Assembly: GCA_028534125.1 (NCBI GenBank)
Contig: CM052817.1
Span: 104,410,001 to 104,474,000, forward strand
Direction of reading: 5' to 3'
Source of the DNA: Lama glama
Lineage: Eukaryota
Length of the DNA: 64,000 nucleotides
The notes under the pieces are model-generated. The model had not been told where the DNA came from, searched no databases, and worked only from the letters and a program-made list of their open reading frames with translations. This document shows positions 25,048-37,534 of this stretch, in pieces. Position 1 is the first letter of the stretch, and every line of letters begins with the position of its first letter. The translations under genes were made by a program, and so were the position numbers.

Positions 25048-25960
25048 AGGTGGAATGTGTCTTTATGCCATCAGGTTAGGAGTCTGAACTGGGATTTTTA
25101 GATTCAGGTCACTGCCATGTGGGATTTGGTTTATTCATAATGATGTCTGAGGACTCCTTAGTTGTCTGGAGGTGTGACCCACCCTCCCCTTCTCCAAAGA
25201 GAACATTTCCCTTTAATCTATTCTACATTTAGGAGTCCATGGTAATATTTAATTTGGAAAAAGGAGCCTTACTTCTTTCAAAAAAAAATTGAAAATCATT
25301 GATGCAGAATCTAGATGTTAAGAACTAGAAGTCAGTTGCTGTATTTCAAAGTGTCTTTTAATTAACTTGATCTTTTGTGCACGTCTTGGAATTTGCCAAG
25401 CAGTGTGTGCCCAGTGAAAGCTCCATGTACCTGTGACTACTGAGTACAGGAGTGCATTACTGTCTTACCTGGGAGGGACAGACAGAGTTGGTGATTCACA
25501 AGTTCATTGCTTTAAACTCCTTATTCTTTGACTTATTAAACAAAACATTTGTGTCAGATTTGTTCAGCTTCGTAAGTGCCTTTGAATTTTATTGTCTGTG
25601 AGAACTAAGGTAGAGGAACTTTCTGTTGCTTTCTTTTTCAGCGTCCAGTCCCCAGTTAAGACCATGCAAATCCCTGCATCACAGCTGATTGCATTTGTCA
25701 GCTGTTTGGTGTTTTTGTCAGTTATCTTTTTTTTAACTACTCTATTTTGGCAAGTACCTTGCAGCCTTGACTTAGCTGTCTCATCAGCTTAAAGTTCTGA
25801 TGAGCAGTCTCATAGCAAGAGATTTTCAGAAGAGATAAAAGCAGCAGAGTGGAAGATAGGGTCATAAAGATGAAAGGCTAAGGATTTTTAGCTTGTCTTA
25901 ATTTTAATGCACTTGAGACTTACTGCTGAATGGAAGATAATGGCTGTCAACATGAGTGTG

Positions 25961-26790
25961 TGTGACATTGTGATTTTTAATGGGTGTATCTTTGGTTTTT
26001 ATCCCTGGCTCTGGCACAGAGCTTGAGACCCTTGGAATTTCCTAGGGGGTAAGAGCGATAAAGGTGTGTTGATATTGACAAGCCCCTTCGCACCACTGCT
26101 GGGTTTCTGTTAATGCGGTGACTTTGGACAGCACCTTATGGGGACTGGTTGCCAGGGAAACCAGCCAGGAATAGAGGATTGGCGCTTTCAGTCCCACCTC
26201 CTGACCTCTGAGCGGGGAGGCGGTGGGGTGGGTGTCAGGGTCTGGAGGTTGAATCAGTGATTTAATCAACTGGGCCTCTGTAATAAAGCGTCTGTAAAGA
26301 CCCACAAGGAGGGGTTGAGAGAGCGCGCGGGCAGGGGAGCCAGCACCCTTGCTGTGAACCGCCCTGCCGGGCCCCAAACTTCACAACATCGGAAGCTCCT
26401 GTGTTTGGGACCTCGCCCGACATATGTCTACAGCTGGCTGTTGATCTGTATCCTTTATATCCTTCGTAAGAAACTGCTGGTCTAGTGAGTACACAGGTGT
26501 CCTGAGTTCTGTGAGCCCCTCTAGCAAAAGAATTGAATCCAAGGAGGAGTTAGTGGGAACCTCTGATTTGTAGCCAGTCAGAAGCACAGGCAACAACACG
26601 GACTTTTGATTGGCATCTGAAATGAGGGTGGTCTTGTTGGACCAGTTCCTTCACCGCTGGTCTCTGGTGCTCTCTGAATATTGTCAGAATTGAGTTGAGT
26701 TATAGGACATCCAGCTTGGGTCAGAGAATTGCACCCGCTCCCCAGCCACACGCATATATTGGAATTGGGTCTGGCACCTTTAGCCAGACC
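25961..26790 (+). mobile_element. MER21-family LTR
   Basis: tgtgacattgtgat...ggcacagagc...cccttggaatttcct...ctgagttctgtgagcccctctagcaaa...gtgggaacctctgatttgtagccagtcagaagcacagg. Confidence 0.82.
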
Positions 26791-27331
26791 CATAATATAT
26801 ATAATTGGTACATATTAAAACCAGGAGGCTGTAGAAGAGACCCGGGACACAGTGTGCTGAGGGAGGACTGGCCGGGAGAGAGGCGGCGAGCCTGGCTCTG
26901 CCACTGACTGTGCTCTCCTGCGCTAGCCATTGTGCTTCCACGAGCCTCCACTTCCTTGCCTGCAAACTCTGTTATCACAAAGATGAAAATCAGATGATTC
27001 GAGACGAGCAATGCTGCAGACAGGATGATCTGAGACTACTCTTAATGTTAAAACGTAGGAACACTAGGTGAATAATAGCAAATGTCCTTACCCATACTTA
27101 GCTGTGTGAGCAAGAGGGTAGGAGAAATCTCCAGGAATCAGAAAGGAAGAGGAAACCAGTAGGAGGCTGGCTGAGAGCTGACAGGTGGCTGCCCTGGGAG
27201 CTGGTCCCCGTGACCACCGAGAAGGTGTCCACGTCTGCTCAGGAAAGGAGACAGGTGACAGCCACGTGGGATGTGGAGCTGAACTCCTCCACTTCTACCT
27301 TTTAAAAAAAACGGGGTGGGGGGCTCTTTTC

Positions 27332-27551
27332 TAAATTGGCAGTTTGAGATTTTCAGATACTAATTGCTCTATATAAAATAGATAAACAAGTTTCTTCTGT
27401 GTAGCACAGGGATATTCAATATCTGGTAGTAACCTATAATGAGAAAGAATAGGAAAAGGAATATGTATGTACATGTATGACTGAAACATGATGCTGTACA
27501 CCAGAAATTGACACAACATTGTAAACTGACTACACTGCAATTTAAAAAAAA
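27332..27551 (+). mobile_element. Young L1 3' tip nested in an older LINE
   Basis: gtttgagattttcagatactaa...gctgtacaccagaaattgacacaacattgtaaactgac plus A tail. Confidence 0.88.
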
Positions 27552-27559
27552 GTGAGAGG

Positions 27560-30500
27560 AAAAAAACACCAAATAATGACTCTTAAAAAAACCAAAAGCT
27601 ATGAAAACGCAGTACCTCTGGAGCAACGCTGCAGGAAATGTTGAGGAAAGTCCAACAGGCAGAAGAAATATAATTCACAAAAAAAAAAAAAACCCTTGGA
27701 TCTATGCAGAGAAATGAAAGTCACCATAAATGTTAAACTATTGATTAATTTAAAAAATCCATTGTCCTTACGTTTATTTGCTTTAAATAAAACAATTGGC
27801 CCTCTAAGGCAAACATTTTAAAAAGAGGGGGCTCTTTAAAATGCATCTCAGGGAGAGAATCTACTAGGAAGAAAAAAAAAAAAAATCCAGCCAGCCACAC
27901 AGAGAGAGAAAAAGGGAGAAGCTTGTCTTTTTTTCTGACCTGAATTCTGTGTAAACAAGAAAGAAAAAGTTCTCTGAGAAATTTAATCACAGATCTGTTG
28001 TACTTTCCAGTTGGAGACTCAAATTTGTCTTTATCTGCATAAGCCAGGATCCCTTAAATTAAGAAACTTTTTTGTTCCAGGCCAGTGTTAGCCCCAGACA
28101 AATAAACCCAGTCCCTCCGAAGGGGTGTCCCTCACTGAAGGATGCACAGGTTTCCCCAGGCGACAACCTGCAGAAGGTGGGCTCACAGTCAGACTTTAAA
28201 AAGACCCAAGGAAACACCCACCTGAGGAAGAAGCCGTACCAGCGAAGGACAGGATTACGTCCCCAAGAACTCCAAGTACTTGAACAAATCAAATGGAATT
28301 TTTTTCCACTGGTGTATTTACAATGATTAGAGGTATAAAAGAAGGATCCACAAATAAGAAAATACCATGAAACCATGAAAAAGATGGGTTTGGAAAATAT
28401 ATTAGAAGTGCTGAACAGAAAGAATAAAGTCAATGTATTTTTTAAAAACTTAAAAACTGATTAAACACAAGATCAGACACAGCTGAAGAACAAACTGGAA
28501 GATTGGTTACCTACGGTTACATGTGTTTTTTTAACTTCACTTTTTAAAATTATACTCAAAATATTTTATTTAATGTGTAAACAGAAAGGGGCAAAGTAAT
28601 GTGGGGAGGAGAAAGGAGACAATCACAACGAAATACTGAAAGTTGGAAAAGCGAGGAGTAACTGAGCAGGCAGGAGAGCTGTGTGTGTCTTGCTGAGTGT
28701 AACCAAGAAAACCAAAATACGGCCAGTTGCTCAGAAGCAAGAAGAAAGCTGTTTCATGCAATGGAACTCCAGGAGTTAGAAATGACTGGAACTTTGAAAA
28801 TGGGGTTAAGAATGGCCTGAATAAGAAGAAACTGGGTTGAAAATGCATATGAGAAGAAGAAAGTCATGTAGATCTTCCCCAGGCCCTGGCAGTCTGGACG
28901 ACTGTCCCCTCCCGACCTTGGCAGAACACGAAATGATTCTGGACTTAGGAGTACAGGCTCAGCTCAGGGAGGGGTTACCGATGTGAAATGGTTTAAGTGT
29001 AAGTCTGCATCCTCAGTGATGGCTCCTCTCTGCTCTCTTGGTCCAGAATTCTGGCCTCAACTATATGACTTATGGCTGGAGTTGGCAGGATTTCTTTCCT
29101 TTTCTTTTTTTTTTTTTTTGGTAAGAAACTGAGAGAGGAGAGAAAATAGCAGAAGATACTGAGTTGAGGAAGTTCCCTCTCAAAGCACTTCAGGCTGAGC
29201 ACCCTAGAGTGAAGACCGTCTGTTAACTGGCCCCAAATACACATACAGAATTTCTAACCAGCTTTTTAGTGACTTATTCTCAAATATGAACCAGTTTCCA
29301 AGGATCAAAGAAACAGAGCCAATGACAAGAGCAGGAGGAAACTTTTAAAATACATTACTCCAGAGAGAGAAAAGATGTGTCTTTGACACCAAACAGGTAA
29401 CTTTTTTTTTAAACAAAAAGAAGGAATCAGTGAGTAGAAAAGAGTGCTTGGTTATTATAAATATGAGAGGAGAAATAAAAAGTAATTTAAAAGTTTAAAA
29501 GAAAGTCTTGAGAAAAAGTTCAAGAAAGCACAACAAAAAGACAAATAAAATAGAAAAGATATTTAAGAGAGCTTCAATATCCAAATAATAAGAGCTCTGG
29601 TCATGAGAATGGAAGAAAAAATTGAGTTAAAATTACCAAGAAAATAATTCAAGAAAACATCCCCAACCAGAAAAGCATGTGTTTCCAGGTTTACTGGACC
29701 AAGTGAGTGCCCAACAATAGCCTGCACATCCCCAAATAAATGATTTTTGTTTGAAGAATCAAGAATCAGAGAATCAGAATGGCCTCTAACTTTTCAATTG
29801 TAACACCAAGATTCTCGGGGAAAAAGGGGTGCAATTATTTCAAAATTTTGAAATAAAATATGTGTAATCTAGAATTTTATGTCCCACCAAGCAATCTGTT
29901 GGATGGCAAGGTAGAATAAAATTATTTTCAGAAATAAAAGTCTCAAAATTTACAGCTCATTCTGTGGTGCCTACTGAAATCTGTATTCCTTGCAAACAAA
30001 GTGTAGAATCTGGAAAAGTGAAGGCTTTGGATCCAGGAAAAGGGGCTTCCAAAGTGGGAGAGACATGAGGGGAATCGTGTCTAGTAGTAGCAGGAAGTTA
30101 GTGTAGTGCGTGACTCAAGGTTTGCATAGTCAAAGTTATTATGCAATTAGGGGAATAGAAAGAAGAAGGGATATATGGATGGGGGATGTATTAGGGGAGA
30201 ATTGTAAGAAAGCAAAATGTCTTAATTTCCATAGTAGGGAGTCAGTAAATAACATCCAAATTAAAAAAAAAGTAGTAACAAAGTCAGTCATAATACAAAT
30301 ATTGTTTAGCAATACAAGGGTAAATTCCAAAAGAAATACCTCAGTGAGCTGAAAATGGTTCATCTGCAGATGAAGATAATATTAGAGTCAAAAAATGACA
30401 TGTACACTTGGAATTCCATAATGATAGGTGAGAAAAGTAGGGAAGACTAACTTTACAAAATTCATAAAAATCATGAATCCTTAGATTTAGGAAGGTCAAT

Positions 30501-31650
30501 GTCTCTCGAGGCAAAATCCAGACTGCAGAAGAGAGTGAATGCAGAACACCAAAGACAACAGGGAAGAGGAAAATAGAGCAAAGACAGTTAATAAATAAAC
30601 TAATACCATATTTTTTTAAGGAAAAGAATATAATCCAGAAGAAAATGGAGTATTAGTATGTAAAGACTTAAAAGAAAACCCTATCAATCTGGAATTATAT
30701 ACTTAGCCAAATTACCTGTCAAGAGAAAGGAGAAGCCCTGATGGAATTTACTACAGATCTTTGCAAAAAGAACTAGGAAATTTACTTATTCAAGAAGAAA
30801 ATTTGGTACAAAATGCCACAAGACACAAGAAGAAATGATAATTGAATAAATTAGTAAATGTATGCATAGAGCTGGGGAAATATAACAGTAATAATGATTG
30901 ACTTAAGGGCTTTTAACAACAAGGTGGAATGGAAAAATTGGGGAACCAAAATTAGTGAGATGAAAAGGGATGATAAACAGATAGCAAGAGGTCAGAGAAT
31001 GCATGTTAAAAATTTAAGAGTAAACTTAAAAAATAAAAATAGAATATGTGACTTCCAAACCCATATAGAGGGAGGTGAAAAAGGGATATAGAAATAGAGT
31101 AAACTTAATTAATATGGTATTAAGCAAAAAAGAAAAAAGAGGCAAAAGAAAAAGCAAGCATTGTAAATATAAAGTAGATTAAAAGATAATAGAAATAAAT
31201 AGAAATTCACTATGTAACTAATAGCAATTAATATATATGAACTACACTTGATATTTAATGAGAGATATTATAAAATTGACTCAAAAAAAGCAAAATTCAG
31301 CTGTTGGGGTTTGCAAGAGACATGTCTAAAGTCAAAGACACAGAATGATTGGAAGTAAATAGAAAAAATAGATAATAGGAAAATAAATGGCAAAAGAAAG
31401 TTGGTGTTGATATATTACTATCAGATAAAATTGACTTTATGACATAAGGAACACTGTAGAAGAAGAGGGAACAAGTCACCCTGAAGTTATATTAATTCTA
31501 AACTTGTATGTGCCAATAACTGTTAAAAATACAAGGAGGAAAAGTATGATAATTTGAAATATAAATAGAGATATTTACATTTAAAAGTTTAATGCATCTC
31601 TCTTGGTATTTGCTAAATCCAGCAAACAAAATTTACAATGTAAGCAAGAT
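27560..31650 (+). mobile_element. Ancient L1/HAL1 relics (two ORF1-like C-terminal segments, then the start of the ORF2 endonuclease)
   Basis: A-rich sense strand. ORF1-end motifs at ~29870 (ctagaattttatgtccc) and ~30690 (ctggaattatatacttagcc). VGVDILLSDKIDF at ~31400 resembles L1 EN AGVAILISDKIDF. Confidence 0.6.
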
Positions 31651-32179
31651 ACAAACAAAGGAATCAGCAACTTTTGTCTAACTGCCATTTCTCAAAGTGG
31701 ATGCTAGACACACTGTCTAAACATGGTAATGACTCAGTCAGGAAGCTCCTTGGATCCCTGCAGTCCTGAGCCAGGTAACCCAGTCTGCTCAAGGACTGCC
31801 TCTATATACCCTTGCCTTCTGAAAATATTACTGCTATTATACATAAATCAACACATGAAAAATGTTGGGAAGCACCAATTTAAGATCAGACAAAAAAGGT
31901 GTGGGGTACACAGGCATTCCATTATAATGGCCTCTATACTATTTTGTATACCTAAAATATTTTATAATTAAAAATGAGAGAGTCTAAAGGGTTCTTGAGT
32001 AGGTTTTATAATCTCTGATCTACTTCAAAAGGCAGAAAGTCAACATTTCACACAAAATTCATCTGCTTCTAATTTTTCTTTTTTTCCCATCTTGGTGGTT
32101 TTCTGGGTTTTTTTTTGATTTTTTGTTGTTTTTGTTTTTAGGATTCTCTTTAGTGACTGCATTCCTATATTTCAGCTCT

Positions 32180-32540
32180 TTCTTGAACATGTTCTGGTCA
32201 GGGCTTCTACCATAGCCTTGCTCTTGTCAAGGGCAATGATGATTCCCACATTGCAAATCACCAGTTCTCGGTGTTTATCTTACAGTCTTCTTAGGACGTC
32301 CAGCACAGTGGATCTCTCTGTCCTCAAACAGCCTTCCCCTTCCACTTGATTTCCAAGCCCCCTTTCTGCAGACTTTCCTCCCACCCAAGTGGTCACCATT
32401 TCTGAGTCTCTTCTAGTGGTTCCTCTTCATCTTTCTGAACTCAGCATCAGAGGGCCCCAGGATTTTACCCTTACCTCTCACCTCCATCACCTCCACCTAT
32501 AATCAATTCCTAGGTCACCATATTCATTCTGTAGTTTTTA
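32180..32540 (+). mobile_element. L2 LINE fragment
   Basis: gctcttgtcaagggcaatgatgattcccacattgc...cagcacagtggatctctctgtcctc resembles the L2 RT region. Confidence 0.65.
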
Positions 32541-32559
32541 TTTTTCTTTTTTAAGAAAA

Positions 32560-33720
32560 TCAAACAGAAATTTGTGAACATATATACCTCACGTGTGTAT
32601 GGGAGATCCCAAGGAAAAATGAGTAACTCAAAACAGTGGCTTAGAGCTCTGGCTTAAATATCATCTTTAGCTAAAGACAAAAGGAAAAAAATGGCTGCGG
32701 AGGAGGCCAGTTATGGGGAGGTTGCCAGACAAAGCACAGTAAACAAGAGTAAGTTCTGTAACATAGATTGAAGTGGGTGCCTTCTCCATTGATGAAAGTA
32801 CAAAGTTGCATCTGGGATGAACCTTTGTCCTTCACTGGAGGGAAGGTTTACAGGTTTATGAGCTGCTTTTAGTCAAGTAGGGGGAGGGCACAGAGCTCCT
32901 CTTGTATCCACTTCTGCTCAGTTGCCTTCAGCTCAAAATAATTGTTATGCTGAAGTGGCATATTTGGGGGTGGCATATTCTGCTGCCTTTCAGTTCCTGC
33001 CTTTGAAACGTCCCTGAGAAGCTTCCTAGTCCAGAAGTTGAGTTGGTGGATTGCTCCATATCTCACCAAACCAGCCTTTTAGTTCTGAAAATAGGTCAGT
33101 TCAGTGAAGTATTTGCATCTCATTTCAGGAGGTGATGGTGAACATGGGCTCCTGTCAAAGTTAGGCCTGTAAGCTACTAGAAATCAGATATTTAACAAGA
33201 GTTAATTCCAAGGAGACAAAACCAACTTAACGATTAGAGAAGATTGGAAACCAGTTTCTGCGTCTGGAGGACAACCTGTCAAGAAGATTTTATGATGTTG
33301 GGCTAAAAGCAGCTTTTGCAGTTTGAACCTCTCTGGTGATGCCATTGGATCGTTCAGGACACCCTCTGAGTGGGCTACACAGAGGCAGATACAATGGTTG
33401 TCCGTATGTGAACTGTTGTGATGGTTTGTCTGGAGTTGGTATAAAGTTGTCCAGCTTCTGCCATTCAAGGCTTTGGGAAAAGAGCAGTTTTTGTTCACAA
33501 TGGCTTCAAGTCAGAAGAGTGGGAGGAAAGTGGAAGCATAAGCTTGTACAGTCATAGCCAGATATTGGAGGAGATGAGAATTCAAGATCCAGACCAGTTT
33601 ACAGGTCAGTAACAAAACCTCCAAGACAGTGAATAGGACTAGAATCTGTCCATAAGGATGCACTGTAAAAGTGATTTACTCACCAAAGGCAAACACATCC
33701 CCCTCCAGGTCCCAGGGTGG
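32560..33720 (-). mobile_element. ERV1 remnant: MER34-like 3' LTR (32560-32992) plus adjacent internal sequence
   Basis: The minus strand reads ...tttcaaaggcaggaac|TGAAAGGCAGCAGAATATGCCACCCCCAAATATGCCACTTCAGCATAACAATTATTTTGAGCTGAAGGCAA: a purine-rich tract followed by a MER34-type LTR start. Confidence 0.75.
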
Positions 33721-33759
33721 GCAGAACTATCCCCGGATAGTGGCTGGGAAGGGCTGCAT

Positions 33760-34440
33760 CTGTGTTACAGGGCTACACACATCAGTGTGTTGAAGGAACA
33801 GAGAGGAAGAGGGTGTGGCTGGACCAGAATGAGTAATGGGAACATTGTGGGAGATGGCACCACAAAGAGGTGCCTCATGTGTGACTTGTTCAGCCATGGG
33901 AAAGAGTTGGAATGTTATTCTGAGTACATTAGGAAGACATAGAGGTGTTTTAATTAGGGGAGATGATGTGAGTTTGGTGTGGAAAAGGGCTGTGGTCGGA
34001 GGAAGTTCAGGAGTTTATGGGAGCAGCTGAGAGGCATCTAAAAAAGTCCAAGGGAATCAGAGAAGGCTTCCTAGAGAGTAATCCTGAGATTACAAGTAGT
34101 TCAGAAAGAGCAAATCAGACAGTGTAGGGAGGGAGGGAGGAGGCTGTGAAGATACCCAGGGGCCAGGTTATAAAGCCAGCTTAGCCACGATGAAGAGGCA
34201 TGACTTTCTCTAGCCTAAAAAGTGGAGCATCACTGAAAGAAGAGCCAGTTAGGAGACCACTGATGGCATTGGACCAAGAAATAAGGCCTTGAACTAAGGT
34301 TTTTAAAAAAATGGGACTGGAGAAATGTGAATAGACTGAGATAGGAGGAGGAAAATGCAGTAGAACTCAATGATTGCTTGGATGTGGAAGACTGTGTGAA
34401 GAGAAAGGACTTAAAGATGAGACCTCAAATTTCTGTTGAA
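33760..34440 (-). mobile_element. L2 fragments
   Basis: cagccatgggaaagagttggaatgttattctgagtac, gagccagttaggagaccactg, aatgattgcttggatgtgg. Confidence 0.65.
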
Positions 34441-34529
34441 GATGCTATAGCAGACCCTGACCACTTACCTTTGCGTTTTTTCAGACTGCCACTAAAATAA
34501 ACCTTTTTAAATTTTAAAATATTTTAAAT

Positions 34530-35256
34530 TTCTTTATTGAAGTGTAGCTGATTTACAATGTTAGTTTCAGGTGGACAGCAAAGTGATTGTTATACACATA
34601 TATATACACATATATTTTTCCATTTCAGATTATTTTCCATTATATGTTATTACAAGAAATTGAATATAGTTCCCTGTGCTATAAATGGAACAATATTCCC
34701 TGGAATTTAGATGGAACATATCACCTCTTTTTGCTTCAGTGTCTCTTATATAAAATAGGACCATTGGAGCATCCATTTCATGTGGTTGTTATAAAGATCA
34801 AATTAATATTTTTAAACTCCTGACATGTAATAAGCACAACATAAGGTCCTTGTTGTTTATCTATTTTATATATAGTAATGTGTGTCTGTTAATCCTCAAC
34901 CCCTAACTTATCCCTCCCCGCCCTTTCCCCTTTGGTAACCATAGTTTGTTTTCTATGTCCATGAGTCTGTTTTTGGTTTGTAAATAGAATTTGTATCACT
35001 TTTTTTAGATTCCACATGTAAGTGATATCTTATGATATTTGTCTTTCTCTGTCTGCCTTACTTCACTCAATATGATAATTTCTAGGTCAATCCATGTTGC
35101 TGCAAATGACATTATTTCATTTTTTATGGCTGAATAATATTCCAGTATGTATGTACACCACATCTTACATGCACCCCAATGTTCATAGCAACACTGTTTA
35201 CAATATCCAAGACATAGAAACAACCTAAATGTCTATCAACAGATAGCTGTATAAAG
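34530..35256 (-). mobile_element. L1 3' end with a 5' inversion (35167-35256 on +) and an internal foreign insertion (34684-34845)
   Basis: Antisense 3'UTR runs to ...caccacatctt, then sense acatgcaccccaatgttcatagc...gtataaag, the L1 segment immediately upstream. Confidence 0.9.
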
Positions 35257-35729
35257 CTAAGAGAATTTTTTTAAAGCATAAAACAGTTAAAAATAGGAAA
35301 GAACATTAAAAACTTGAGGTGTTTGAAAAGCAGATAGAGCTGTGGAAAGTGAAGAAGCAGAGTTAAGAAAGCTAAGTTTGCAGAGGGAAAAGCTCAGAAA
35401 CCACTCCATTTCCAGCAAGGAATTCCCAAAAGGCCATCCTTTGGAGGTGGGGATGAAGTGGAGAATGAAACGTCTTAAGACTGGTTGAAAGACTGTTTTA
35501 GAAGCAGTTAAGCCTTCAGATCACATTGCATTTGAATGGACTGAGAGAAAATTCAACAAACATGTGGAGCACGCTGAGAGGAAATTGTCTAGGTGCATGA
35601 ACTAACAAACAGAAATTCACAGCAGAGCAGTTAACTCCAATGAACCAGCCCCACCTGGTTCCCAGTGGCATCAAAACCCAGCCATTCGTTTATTTATCCA
35701 TTTACTCAACAAATATGTACTGATGCCAT

Positions 35730-35950
35730 TTAAGGTGGTGATTAAATTATTGACTCTGGAACAAGAGTTCCTGGGTTCAAATCCCAGCTCTGATGCTGGG
35801 TGGCTTTAGATGGAATTGTCACCTCTCTTTGCTTTAGTGTCTCTTTTATAAAATAGGACCCCCGAAGCATCCGTTTCATGTGGTTGTTATAGAGATCAAA
35901 TTAATATTTTTAAACTCCTGGCATTTAATAAGTACGACGTAAGTATTTGC
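35730..35950 (+). mobile_element. MIR SINE within an L2 3' end
   Basis: gactctggaacaagagttcctgggttcaaatcccagctctg; antisense L2 tail cattcgtttatttatccatttactcaacaaatat immediately 5'. Confidence 0.75.
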
Positions 35951-37002
35951 TTCTCTTTCTATGACTTCAACATGCCCAATTGTCCCGGGCTCTGGGATTA
36001 CAGTTGAGAAAAAATATAGTCTCACGGATGTTCTAGACCGGAAGACAAATGAACACAGGAATTAATCTCAGAGTGAGAAGTGCTGCGGGGAGAAGGGATT
36101 ACCCGTTGTGAAACTGCTCACTTCACGTCTGTTTTCAGATTGAGTAAATGAGTAAGCGAATGAAAAGATTTTAATTGGCATTGTGTTACAGCTCTGTGGA
36201 ATTCAATTTCCATCAACACGTTTAAGGCAGAAGGGAACTCACACAGCAGATCAGCTTCCCACCTGATTTAATGTAAGCTTTATAGCACATACAATGTGGG
36301 AATGTTACCCTCTTTTATAGACAAAAGAAACAAGATCCAGTGAAATTCAGGTACTTTCAAGGGGCTTTGGAAGCGCTGGATGAGTGAGTTGGTGAGCAGA
36401 AATTCAAACACAAGCTTATCTGACCTCAGAGCCTTTGCCAGAGAGTCTCCTAATTTCTGGATACTGTTATCTTTGCCATTGTATAAATATTTTTTCTAAC
36501 ATTAGACTCAGAAATTGGCTTTGTTTTCCCTTTTTTATCCTTTTGTATTAATTTTCTTAGTTTAACAGATAAGCTTTAGAGATTTAAATGCTTGATTATG
36601 TGTAGGTATTTCAGAGATTGCAACACAACTTTTTTCAACCCAGCTTCATGCTTCTCAGTGACCTCAAAAAACAGAATCCAGTATATTTGTAAAAATCACA
36701 TGCCATGGCCTTTATAGGATCGCCTGCGCTCACTCGTTCTTTTCACTCCAACACGCGAACTTTAATCCCTCCCCAGGCCTTGTCAGCAATCATGTCTTTC
36801 ATCCCAAAGATCCACCAAGAACTGTTCATTTCTTTTCTTTATTAAAGGCCTCCCGGCTGTGGGCTTCCTGGACAAACATCCTTGTAAAGGTGAATTGAAG
36901 TGTATTCTTTGTTCTCACCATCTCAAGTGAATTGTACGTGCTCATCTGTTCATTTTGCCTTTATTGTCACAGAGATATTCTCTATTTTCTGGAGATGGAG
37001 AG

Positions 37003-37534
37003 TGTTGCTGAAAAACTGGCCTCTGTACCCCAATAGCTGATTTAAAACTTGGAGGCAGAGTTTTGGGGAAAATTAGAAAAGAACAGCTTTACTGCTTTGC
37101 CAGGCAAAGGGGAGTCACAGTGGCTAATGCCTTAGAGGCTGTGAATCCCTCTTGGGGTTGGGGTGCTGAGGGTTTATGGAAAAGCTGGGTGGAGCAGAAA
37201 GGCGATAACAAACCAGGCATTTTTCCGGGGTGCTGTGTTCTTCCTAATCTTAATGAATCCACCTGGCATCACGGAGAAAGCCTGGAGGGTCTGTTCATTC
37301 TTCTGAGGCTGTCAGCCCATGACACCTTCCCGGAGCATAGCTGCTGGGTTAAAGGACAAGCTATTCTGGGTGAAGAATGTCTCGGAAGTGGAGGGTGTCA
37401 TGGAAAGGTTGGGGGCTGTTTAGCACGAAAGCAATTGAGCAAGTGAAGCAGAGATGGGGGTTTGCCAGAGAAAAGAGAAAAACAAGTTGCAAGAATTTTA
37501 GGTCAGAATGAGTCAGCAAACAGCTTTAGCATCA
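37003..37534 (-). mobile_element. Solo ERV LTR (lineage-specific ERV1-like)
   Basis: TGTTGCTGAAA start; gaacagctttactgctttgccaggcaaagggg motif recalled from laurasiatherian ERV1 LTRs; ends ...tttagcatca. Confidence 0.65.
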
